A stretch of DNA of 55,104 bases from positions 1-55,104 of the forward strand of contig JADLGX010000374.1 of the NCBI GenBank assembly GCA_020849095.1, in the 5' to 3' direction. The notes under the pieces are model-generated. The model had not been told where the DNA came from. It saw only the letters and a program-made list of their open reading frames with translations, and did no database searches. The translations under genes were made by a program, and so were the position numbers. Below are positions 27,457-34,917 of the stretch, in pieces; the first letter of the stretch is position 1; each line of letters opens with the position of its first letter. This stretch comes from Candidatus Eiseniibacteriota bacterium. GTDB lineage: Bacteria > Eisenbacteria > RBG-16-71-46.

Positions 27457-29697
27457 TCAGCGCAGGCGCACCACGCGTCTCACCCGCCGGACATCCTCGG
27501 CATCCAGCGCCACCAGGTAGGCGCCCGGAGCGACCAGCTGGTCGCGATCGTCGCGGCCGTCCCAGGTGACACGCTGCCGGCCGGCCGGCCGTTCGCCGTC
27601 CACCAGCGTGCGCACGCGCCGTTCGCTCACGTCGTACACCGCGAGTCTCGCGGCTCCCGCGCGGCCGAGCGTGAAGCTCAGTTCCGTGCGATCCGTGAAC
27701 GGCGTGGGCCGGGCCACCGAAAGCGCCACCGGGCTGCCGCCCGGCGGCTCCGGCGGCGAGTCGAGCACTTGCTTGAGGACCGTGAAGCTGTCGCGCACGG
27801 CGCCCGCGTTGTCGAGGAAGCGCGCTTCGAGCCGCTCTCCGTCGATGTCGATCACCATCGAGCCCGCCACGTTGAGCGACGTGACCATGGCGGGATGGTT
27901 CAGCGTTCCACCCGAGACCTGCGCGGCGCTGCCGTTGACCGCGTAGACCGCGCCCTCGTTGGCCAGCGGAGTGCCGGCGCTCTTGCGGTAGGCGCCATCG
28001 CCGTCCGGGCGGCCGTCGCCGCCGTCCACCTTCATGCCGGCCGTGAGTGTGCCCGACGTGCCGTAGTGCCCGTTGAGCAGGTACGAACGCTCGTACGAAT
28101 GGCTGTGCCCCGTGAGCACCAGGTCCACGCCGAGCGAATCGAGGATCGGCAGCACGTTTTGGCGCATGTCGCGCATGCGGCCGGCGCTGTCGGTGATGTT
28201 GTCCGAATCGTGCGAGCCCTTGGTGTAGGGAGGGTGATGCCAGAAACCGATCACCCACGGCTGTGACGTCGCGGCGAGGTCGGCGCGCAGCCACACGAGC
28301 ATCGGGCTGCCGACCGTGCGCGTGCTGCCCTCGGAGTCCAGGCAGACGAAGTGGATCGGCCCCCAGTCGAACGAGTACCAGGCCTCGGTGCCGGAGGGCA
28401 GTCCGCCTCCCTCGCCGGCCATCGGCAGCGTGAAGATGTCGTAGTAGTCGTTGTTGATCCCGGCATAGAGGGCGTCATGGTTCCCGCGAGTGGACCAGAC
28501 GGGGCTGCGCGAAAGCGTGAGCGGGTAGAGATTGAACAGCCCGCTCTGGTACTCGGCATCGGTGCCGGCGTTGTAGGCGTTGTCTCCGAGCATCACCCAA
28601 AGATCCTCGCGCCGGCTCCCCGACCACGCCAGATACGAGTCGCGCACCTGCTGGGCGAGGACTGAGTTCATGCCCGAATCCCCGACCGTCCACAACCGGA
28701 CGGGCTGCGTGCTGCCTGTCGCCGGCGCGGTGCGAAACGTGCGCGCGTCGCTGGCCGCCAGCGGCGCTTCGAGCGTGCCCTGGACCGAGTAGGAATACGC
28801 CGTCCCCGCGGCGAGCCCAGTCACGCGCACCTCGTGTTCCGTGCGCGAAACCGGCTCGTCGAACTGCAGCGTGTAGGGGCCCCCGGCCGGTCCGATCGAC
28901 ACCCGCCCCACGAGCGCCGTGGGCGTTCGCCAGCGCACGGTGACCGCGGTGGGCGCCGCGTTCTGCAGGTAAGGGCCGCGCGAGAGGGCGATGTTGGCGG
29001 CGCTCGTCGCTGCGGCCGGGTGGCGCGTGGCGGGCCGGCCCGGAACGCCCGACTCGGCGGCGGGCTCACCCGAGCGCGGGCGCGGCGGCAGGCCCAGCGC
29101 CTGCTCCAGCCGCCCCGCCAGTTCGACGCGCGCGGGAGTCCACAGTCCTTCGGGAGTGCGCTGTTCGAGAGCGTCGAGGGCCGCGGCCGCTCCGCGCAGC
29201 GTCCACGCCGCCCGCGAGCGTTCGAGCACGTGCTCCTCGGCGCGGCCGGGATCGGCGCCGAGCAGGCGGTCGAAGTCGGCCATCGCCCCGGCGGCATCGC
29301 CCAGCGCGACGCGCGCGCGCGCGCGGGTCCGCAGCGCTCCGGTCACCGCGCGCGAGCGGGCGATCGCGCGCGTGGCGAGCGAGTCGGCTTCGTGGGCGCG
29401 TCCTTCGTCGAGCGCCAGCAGTGCCGCGAAGCCGTCCACGCGCGCATCTCCGGGCTCGGCGCTGCGCGCCAGCTCGAGGAGAAGCCGCGCTCCGGCCGCG
29501 TCTCCCGCGTCGCGGCGGGCTTCGGCCCGGACCAGCGCCCGCGTCACCGTGTCCCAGCCGCCACGCCGCGCCGCGCGCTCGTGGGTTCCTTCGGAGTCGT
29601 CGTGCGCGGAGCAGCGGGCGGGATCGAGAAGGGAGGTCAGCAGGAGGCCGGCGGCCATGGCGGCGCGCCACGAGTGCTGCGAGCGGGGGAAGGGCAT
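27457..29697 (-). CDS. Secreted purple-acid-phosphatase-like metallophosphoesterase with an N-terminal TPR-like region and a FlgD-Ig/T9SS-type C-terminal domain
   Basis: ALSRGPYLQNAAPTAVTVRWRT (PAP N-domain), VGDSG, LGDNAY, RGNHD and GHSHSYER metallophosphatase motifs. C-terminus ...ARLAVYDVSERRVRTLVDGERPAGRQRVTWDGRD...GAYLVALD.... Start chosen at ATG 29697 (MPFPRSQHSWRAAMAAGLLLTSLL); TTG 29733 and ATG 29658 are alternatives. Confidence 0.85.
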   Translation of the reverse strand: MPFPRSQHSWRAAMAAGLLLTSLLDPARCSAHDDSEGTHERAARRGGWDTVTRALVRAEARRDAGDAAGARLLLELARSAEPGDARVDGFAALLALDEGRAHEADSLATRAIARSRAVTGALRTRARARVALGDAAGAMADFDRLLGADPGRAEEHVLERSRAAWTLRGAAAALDALEQRTPEGLWTPARVELAGRLEQALGLPPRPRSGEPAAESGVPGRPATRHPAAATSAANIALSRGPYLQNAAPTAVTVRWRTPTALVGRVSIGPAGGPYTLQFDEPVSRTEHEVRVTGLAAGTAYSYSVQGTLEAPLAASDARTFRTAPATGSTQPVRLWTVGDSGMNSVLAQQVRDSYLAWSGSRREDLWVMLGDNAYNAGTDAEYQSGLFNLYPLTLSRSPVWSTRGNHDALYAGINNDYYDIFTLPMAGEGGGLPSGTEAWYSFDWGPIHFVCLDSEGSTRTVGSPMLVWLRADLAATSQPWVIGFWHHPPYTKGSHDSDNITDSAGRMRDMRQNVLPILDSLGVDLVLTGHSHSYERSYLLNGHYGTSGTLTAGMKVDGGDGRPDGDGAYRKSAGTPLANEGAVYAVNGSAAQVSGGTLNHPAMVTSLNVAGSMVIDIDGERLEARFLDNAGAVRDSFTVLKQVLDSPPEPPGGSPVALSVARPTPFTDRTELSFTLGRAGAARLAVYDVSERRVRTLVDGERPAGRQRVTWDGRDDRDQLVAPGAYLVALDAEDVRRVRRVVRLR

Positions 29698-29886
29698 GCG
29701 CGCATGCTGGACCCGCCCCCCGGGGCAAGGCAACCACGGAGTGACTTCCCGAGCGCGGGATCGCCTGTTTCATTCAGTCCTGCGGAACGCCGGCGGGATT
29801 CCCGTCCGCGCTTCTGGAACCTCGGTCCTCTTTCCGCCGTAGGGAGCGCGTCGGTTCGACGCTCACCAGCTGCGGAGGAGGCTCCC

Positions 29887-30453
29887 ATGTTCTCGTTCCA
29901 TCCGGCGCGCCGGCGTTCGTTTGTCGCCGTGCTCGCCGCGTTCGCGGTGCTGGCCACCCTGTCCATCGCGAGCCGCGCCGGGGCCGGCGAGGGGTATTCG
30001 CTGCATGTGCAGATCGCCGAACGGGGCAAGGGCAGGGGAATCGATGTCGCGATGCCCTGGGCCGTGGCGCGCGGAGGCAGTCCCTTCGACTTCGTCTCGG
30101 ACTCCGACGACCGCGTGGAGTTCCGCCGGCTGCGCGCGGCCTGGACCATGCTCGCGCGGATGCCGGAGGGCCGGTCCGTCCTCATCCACTCCGACAACGG
30201 CCGCACCCGCGCCTACCGGCAGAACGGGCGGCTGGTCCTCGAACCGCTCGACCGGGGCGGCGACCGTGACGCGCGCATCCTCGTCCCCTCGCCGGTCGTC
30301 GAAGCCCTGATGCGGCGCGACGGGCGGCTGAACAGCGCCGATGTCGACGCGCTGCTCCGCCGTCACGGTGAGATCGGGCTCGTCGAAGTGGAATCCGAGG
30401 ACGGGCACGTGAAGGTGTGGATCGATCGCGACCCCGACAGCGGGCTCGACTGA
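29887..30453 (+). CDS. Secreted hypothetical protein
   Basis: ATG 29887 follows GGAGGAGG. Signal peptide MFSFHPARRRSFVAVLAAFAVLATLSIASRAGA. No family recognised. Confidence 0.75.
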   Translation: MFSFHPARRRSFVAVLAAFAVLATLSIASRAGAGEGYSLHVQIAERGKGRGIDVAMPWAVARGGSPFDFVSDSDDRVEFRRLRAAWTMLARMPEGRSVLIHSDNGRTRAYRQNGRLVLEPLDRGGDRDARILVPSPVVEALMRRDGRLNSADVDALLRRHGEIGLVEVESEDGHVKVWIDRDPDSGLD

Positions 30454-30485
30454 CGAAGCCGCGGGGCGAACGGCAGCGCAAGGAT

Positions 30486-30514
30486 GTCCAGCGCAGTCCG
30501 GTCGTGGGCAGCGG
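30486..30514 (+). repeat. Copy A of a 29-nt direct repeat (non-coding, about 90 nt upstream of the cytochrome c ATG)
   Basis: GTCCAGCGCAGTCCGGTCGTGGGCAGCGG, 28/29 identical to 31148-31176. The ORF track shows the same peptide SSAVRSWAA at both places. Confidence 0.95.
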
Positions 30515-30603
30515 GAGAGAGCGGCGGGGATGTGCTACACCTCACGGCGCAGGCCGCGCTCGAGCCACGGGTTTCGCCGTGGGAACTCCAATGGAGGTCA
30601 TGG

Positions 30604-31089
30604 ATGAATCGCTTCCTCGCTGTCCTGCTGCTGCTCGCACTTCCGATCATGGCCGGATGCGGCCAGAAGCCCGCCGAGACCACGCCGGCCGAACCGGCCG
30701 CCACGCCGGCCGTCGACACCGCTGCTGCGCCCGCGGCCCAGTTGCTCGAAAAGTCGCTCTACGACGAGGGCCCTCGCGCAGCCGAAGGCGCGGTGGATGC
30801 GGCGATGGCTGCAGCCGGCGAAAAGCTCTTCGCGACCAAAGGCTGCATTGCCTGCCACACCTACGGCAAGAAGATGACGGGACCGGACCTCAAGGGCGTG
30901 ACCCACCGGCGCACCGCGCTGTGGCTCGAGCACCAGATCATGCATCCCGAGGTGATGACGAAGACCGACCCCATCGCGCACGCGCTCATGGCCGAGAGCA
31001 ACAACGTCCAGATGCTCAACCTGCACCTGACGCAGCCCGAGGCGCGGAGCCTGATCGAGTACTTCAAGAAGCTCGACCGGGCGAAGTAG
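30604..31089 (+). CDS. Lipoprotein mono-haem c-type cytochrome
   Basis: ATG 30604 follows GGAGG. MNRFLAVLLLLALPIMAGC lipobox, a Pro/Ala/Thr linker and the haem motif CIACH. TAG stop. Confidence 0.85.
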   Translation: MNRFLAVLLLLALPIMAGCGQKPAETTPAEPAATPAVDTAAAPAAQLLEKSLYDEGPRAAEGAVDAAMAAAGEKLFATKGCIACHTYGKKMTGPDLKGVTHRRTALWLEHQIMHPEVMTKTDPIAHALMAESNNVQMLNLHLTQPEARSLIEYFKKLDRAK

Positions 31090-31101
31090 TCCGGAATCTC
31101 G

Positions 31102-31127
31102 CGGGGCCGCGCGCGAGCGCGGCCCCG
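31102..31127. terminator. GC hairpin between convergent cytochrome c and the TonB-dependent receptor gene
   Basis: CGGGGCCGCGC-GCGA-GCGCGGCCCCG, a perfect 11-bp stem. The T-tract is poor. Confidence 0.5.
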
Positions 31128-31140
31128 TGTGGTCTCAGGA

Positions 31141-33537
31141 TCAGAACGTCCAGCGCAGTCCGATCGTGGGCAGCGGCATGCCGGCATCCGGCTCCAGCGT
31201 CTTCATGAGGTAGCGCGACGAGTCGTTCGGGTCCACGAGCGGCGAGCCGGTGGTGGGGTCACGCTGCACGGTCAGGGTCGGCTTGGTTTCGCCGGCGAAC
31301 GCGTAGGCATTCTGGATGTCCAGGTAGAGCTCGATGCCGCCCGAGCGATAGGGCCAGCGCTTGTCGACGCGCAGGTCGAGCTGGTGCTGCGCCCCGCCGC
31401 GGCCCGCGCTCAGGCGCTGCGTGTCGAGCACGCCGACTCCGCTCACGTCCCACACCTCGCGCAGCGACGAGCGCGCCACGTCGTCCGGCGTGTAGGGCGC
31501 GCCGCCCAGGTAGCGCCAGCGGCCGCCGACCTCCCAGCCGCGCGGCAGCCGCCGGCCGCCGGTGAGCGACACGATGTGGCGGTTGTCCCAGGACGAGGGC
31601 CGGTAGCTCCCGCGGTTGTCGGTGAACTCGCTGCGCACGAACGTGTACGCGGCGATGCCGTACCACCCGCGGTAGAGCCGCTGCTGCGCGAGCAGTTCGA
31701 AACCCCATGCGCGGCCGCGCGAGGACGAAGTGGCGGGCCCGTTCCCGATGACGCCGTAGTCCGCGCCGAGGTTCGCGAGGCTGACCGAATCGCGGGTCAT
31801 GAACGGGTAGTCGGAGTAGCGCTTGAGGAAGGCTTCGGCCGTGAGCCGCGAGTTGGTTCGCGTGGCGTACTCGATCCCCGCCACGGCGTGATCGGCGCGA
31901 ATCCAGCGCACGCCGTTCGCGCGGTTGGCGAGCGCGCCCTGCTCGTCCCGCCAGCCGAGCACGGTGTAGGGCGGCAGCTGGTGGTAGCGCGCCGCGCTCG
32001 CGCTGACGCGCACCGCCGGTGTCGCCTGCCAGGATCCGGACGCGCGCGGCGAGAACTGGCGCAGGGGATCGCGCGTGCGGCGGGAGTAGTCGGCGGCGTC
32101 CGCGCGCGCGCCGATCGAAGCGGTGATGCGCTCGCCCGCGAACGAGCGAGTGGCCTGTCCGAAGGCCGCGGCCGTGGTGAGCGAAAGGGCGGATGCGAAG
32201 TCCACCTGCAGCACCTGCTCGGGCGTGACGGTCTTCTGGAACGTCGAGGTGGTGTACCGGTGATGGTCGGCGCCGCCACCCCAGGTGAAGCGCCAGTCCC
32301 CCGCGCGGCGCGTCCACTCGGCGCGCGCGCGGTCCTGGATCTCCTGCGAGCGGTAGTCGAGCAGCAGGTTGGCCGGCGAGCTGTCGTCGTTGCGGAAGTA
32401 CTTCTTCGCCCGGTTTTCCAGTTGGCTGCGGCTGGCGACCAGCGTCCGCACGCTGGCGATCCCGAGCCGCTTCCAGGTCACGCCCGTCGTGTAGTTCCAC
32501 TGCGGGGTCTCGGGCAGGTAGTCCAGCACGTAGCGCTGGAACTCCGTCTCGGTCGCGTCGGTGTTCAGCTCGAACTGGTCGATCGCGCCGATCCCGATGA
32601 AGTTGAACTGGTCGCGCTCGTTCGGATGCCAGTGCAAGCGCAGCTGGGCGTCGTTGTAGGTGGGCAGGAACGGCAGCCCGATGGCGCTGGCCAGGTACTG
32701 CAGGTACGAGCGGCGCGCCGAAAAGATCAGCCGGCCTTTCCGCGCGACCGGTCCGTCCACGGTCACGCCGAAGTCCGACGCGCCCGCGGTGATGCTGCGC
32801 GCGAGCCGGTCGTCGTTGCCGTTCTTCATGCGGAACTCCATCACCGAACTGAGCGCGTTGCCGCGGCTCGCCGGGAAGGCGCCCGTGAACAGGTCCACGT
32901 CCTGGATGAAGTTCACGTCGATCATGCCGACCGGTCCGCCGGAGGAACCCTGCGTGGCGAAGTGATTCACCACCGGCACCTCGACGCCGTCGATGAAGAA
33001 GCGGTTCTCGTTGGGGGCGCCGCCGCGGATGAGCACGTCGTTGCGGTAGCTCGCCGCGCTGGCGACTCCGGGCAGGCTCTGGACCACCTTGGAGATGTCG
33101 CGATTGCCGCCCGGAAAGCGCTCGATCTCGCTGGCGCCGATGCTCTGCACCGACACCGGCGATTCGGCCGGGCGCCGGAACGGCGACGCCGTCACGGTCA
33201 CGGAGTCGCCGCTCACCACCTCTTCCTCGAGCGCGACGTCCAGCGAGGCCGGGCGGCCGAGCGTGACCTCGACCTCGAACAGCACCAGCCTTCGGTAGCC
33301 GAGCAACGCGAACTCCAGGTTGGCGGGACCGGCGGGCACGTTCTCGATGACGAACCGCCCGCGATCGTCGGTGAGCGCGCCCAGCCTCGCGCCCTGCACC
33401 TGGACGCGCACCGACGGCAGCGGCTGGTTGGTCACGGCGCTGCTCACCTGGCCGCGGATCACGCCCGCGGCGAACGCGAGAGGCGGGAGCGCGGCCAGCA
33501 GGCCCATCGCGAGGACCAGCGGGACGAAACGGCGCAT
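31141..33537 (-). CDS. TonB-dependent outer-membrane receptor with an N-terminal carboxypeptidase-regulatory-like domain (Oar-like)
   Basis: Signal peptide MRRFVPLVLAMGLLAALPPLAFA. GVIRGQVSSAVTNQPLPSVRVQV...TDDRGRFVIENVPAG (CarboxypepD_reg). Plug motifs IERFPGGNRDISKVVQSLPGV. C-terminal ...LPTIGLRWTF. Confidence 0.9.
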   Translation of the reverse strand: MRRFVPLVLAMGLLAALPPLAFAAGVIRGQVSSAVTNQPLPSVRVQVQGARLGALTDDRGRFVIENVPAGPANLEFALLGYRRLVLFEVEVTLGRPASLDVALEEEVVSGDSVTVTASPFRRPAESPVSVQSIGASEIERFPGGNRDISKVVQSLPGVASAASYRNDVLIRGGAPNENRFFIDGVEVPVVNHFATQGSSGGPVGMIDVNFIQDVDLFTGAFPASRGNALSSVMEFRMKNGNDDRLARSITAGASDFGVTVDGPVARKGRLIFSARRSYLQYLASAIGLPFLPTYNDAQLRLHWHPNERDQFNFIGIGAIDQFELNTDATETEFQRYVLDYLPETPQWNYTTGVTWKRLGIASVRTLVASRSQLENRAKKYFRNDDSSPANLLLDYRSQEIQDRARAEWTRRAGDWRFTWGGGADHHRYTTSTFQKTVTPEQVLQVDFASALSLTTAAAFGQATRSFAGERITASIGARADAADYSRRTRDPLRQFSPRASGSWQATPAVRVSASAARYHQLPPYTVLGWRDEQGALANRANGVRWIRADHAVAGIEYATRTNSRLTAEAFLKRYSDYPFMTRDSVSLANLGADYGVIGNGPATSSSRGRAWGFELLAQQRLYRGWYGIAAYTFVRSEFTDNRGSYRPSSWDNRHIVSLTGGRRLPRGWEVGGRWRYLGGAPYTPDDVARSSLREVWDVSGVGVLDTQRLSAGRGGAQHQLDLRVDKRWPYRSGGIELYLDIQNAYAFAGETKPTLTVQRDPTTGSPLVDPNDSSRYLMKTLEPDAGMPLPTIGLRWTF
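31148..31176 (+). repeat. Copy B of the 29-nt direct repeat (codons PLPTIGLRWT of the TonB-dependent receptor, minus strand)
   Basis: GTCCAGCGCAGTCCGATCGTGGGCAGCGG. See copy A. Confidence 0.95.
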
Positions 33538-33732
33538 GTCGGCGGCACTCCGGAGTGGATTCGGTCGGGAAAGGACGCGGCTTGGATGCGCGGGAGGGGG
33601 TCGCGTTTCGAACGCCGTTCCTACTTTGCCGCAGCATGACGGGTGCCGCCGTCCGGCGCGAATCGCGGCCGTCGGTTAGGGTGCGCCTCGTGTGCCGCCG
33701 GATCAGGCGAACCCGAACCCCGAGGCCCCGCG

Positions 33733-33966
33733 ATGAGCATGCTCCTGCCCCAGAGCCGAACCGGTGTCGTGGCGTCGTGCCGGCCGGTGGACATTCACGG
33801 CGACCGCTTCTTCGACCTCACGGTCTCCCTCGACGGCGCGGCAGCCGGCGAGGCTCCGCTCACCAGCCGAGTGAGCGCCACCGAGTGCCCGGCCGGCCTC
33901 GCCGAGGGAGAGAAGGTGGTCGTCCGGCTGGTGCTGGGCATCATCACGAAGGCGGCTCGCGCCTGA
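33733..33966 (+). CDS. Small hypothetical protein (77 aa)
   Basis: ATG 33733, strongly GC3-biased codons, MSMLLPQSRTGVVASCRPVDIHGDRFFDLTVSLDG.... No homology recognised and no obvious SD. Confidence 0.55.
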   Translation: MSMLLPQSRTGVVASCRPVDIHGDRFFDLTVSLDGAAAGEAPLTSRVSATECPAGLAEGEKVVVRLVLGIITKAARA

Positions 33967-33975
33967 CACACGAAG

Positions 33976-34002
33976 GCCCGCAGCGCGGTCGGCGCTGCGG
34001 GC
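33976..34002. terminator. GC hairpin between convergent small genes
   Basis: GCCCGCAGCGC-GGTCG-GCGCTGCGGGC, a perfect 11-bp stem with no clear T-tract. Confidence 0.4.
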
Positions 34003-34042
34003 GCGTCGTGGGGGCTGCGCGGGCGGCGGGCGCCCGCGCGGA

Positions 34043-34342
34043 CTAGAGCTTCAGGCCGCGCGAAAGGCGCGACTCGGCCTCGAGCCAGTGTTCGAGCGAG
34101 CGTCCGTGCTGGAAGCCGGACTCCTCGAACAGGCTGTAGGCGACCCTGGCCACCTGGTCCCGGTCCACCGACGGTGCGCTCGCGCGGACGATCGAGTCGG
34201 GCGGGGACGCGGCCGCGGCCTTGGTGGCGCGAGCGCGGGGCTTGGCGGCGGGCCTGGTCGTCACGGGGCTCTTGGCGGCACGGCGCGTGGTGCCGCTCGC
34301 GGCTGCCTTGGGGCGGGCAGTCGCCTTGGTCTTCTTTTCCAT
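34043..34342 (-). CDS. DUF2934-like small basic protein
   Basis: ATG 34342 follows GGAAGGA; ATG 34354 is an alternative. Lys/Ala/Pro/Arg-rich N-half, then ARVAYSLFEESGFQHGRSLEHWLEAE matching the DUF2934 signature. TAG stop. Confidence 0.75.
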   Translation of the reverse strand: MEKKTKATARPKAAASGTTRRAAKSPVTTRPAAKPRARATKAAAASPPDSIVRASAPSVDRDQVARVAYSLFEESGFQHGRSLEHWLEAESRLSRGLKL

Positions 34343-34736
34343 GGGTCCTTCCATGCTGGGTGGGAGTGTGGGGTCGGCGGACGCCGGACCCGGAATGAGG
34401 ACGGCGAAACTATCACGAATGGACGTTACGACGAGGCAAACACTGGAAGTCCGAGCGGTGAGAAAAAAAGAGGTTGACCTCCCCGGGGCCACCCGCCGAA
34501 ACTTCTCCCGACAGTTCACCCGCACGGATCACCGTGCGCGATGGCGCGGGCCGGGCAGCCGGCGTCGTCGGGAGGGTTGGGTCCCTCCAAACTGGGATGC
34601 CCCGAAAAGGAGGTGGTCCATTGGACAGTAGCCGTATCAGTTCGGTGGAGGTGACGTCCTCGTAGGGACTCCCGGACGATGTGGCGCCGGGCCCCTTGCG
34701 GGGAACCCAACGCCGCCGACACCGACAGTCTCGAGT

Positions 34737-34770
34737 CGCCGGTCCGCTTGCGGACCGGCGGCTTTTTTTT
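34737..34770 (+). terminator. Very strong Rho-independent terminator with no annotated + strand gene upstream
   Basis: CGCCGGTCCG-CTTG-CGGACCGGCG, a perfect 10-bp stem, then GC and TTTTTTTT. There is no T-tract in the minus orientation. Confidence 0.85.
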
Positions 34771-34917
34771 GCGCCCCGAGGGGCCGCCCGGCCCGGGCGG
34801 GACGGGATTGCGCTCAAGCTGGCGTTTCGCAACGCCGATACTTTCCGCAACTTGTGCGAGCGCGTGACGCAACCGGCGTCGCGAACTCGCGCCCTCGAAC
34901 CCCTCACGAGGCCATTC

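Noticed and set aside
27277-31140. tRNA-Cys as the attachment site of a genomic island covering the phosphatase, the hypothetical gene and the cytochrome c gene.
   Set aside because: There is no integrase or recombinase and no duplicated copy of the tRNA 3' end downstream. The 10-nt repeat CCCGGCCGTG (27362-27371 and 27377-27386) is local and short. The flanking genes look like ordinary chromosomal genes.
33538-33732. Possible riboswitch (for example cobalamin) in the leader of the TonB-dependent receptor.
   Set aside because: Reading the minus strand, I found no B12-box-like element or other recognisable riboswitch core. Only a cmscan could exclude it formally.
34343-34770. Identity of the orphan transcript region with a housekeeping RNA (tmRNA, RNase P RNA, SRP RNA or 6S RNA).
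   Set aside because: No tRNA-like 3' end or tag ORF is present, ruling against tmRNA. There is no GGAAAGUCCGG-type P4 motif for RNase P and no SRP domain-IV motif. The GGAAGTCCGAGCGG at 34446-34459 is only a superficial resemblance. The region is kept as an unknown candidate in the findings.
34681-34917. N-terminal extension of the hybrid kinase from GTG 34681, as in the ORF track. The upstream 14-codon ORF is also in the same frame, separated only by TAG.
   Set aside because: The extension is Arg-rich and has no domain. It runs straight through a 10-bp-stem/T8 intrinsic terminator. ATG 34918 has a GAGG upstream and is followed directly by the PAS domain. The shared frame is most likely coincidence.
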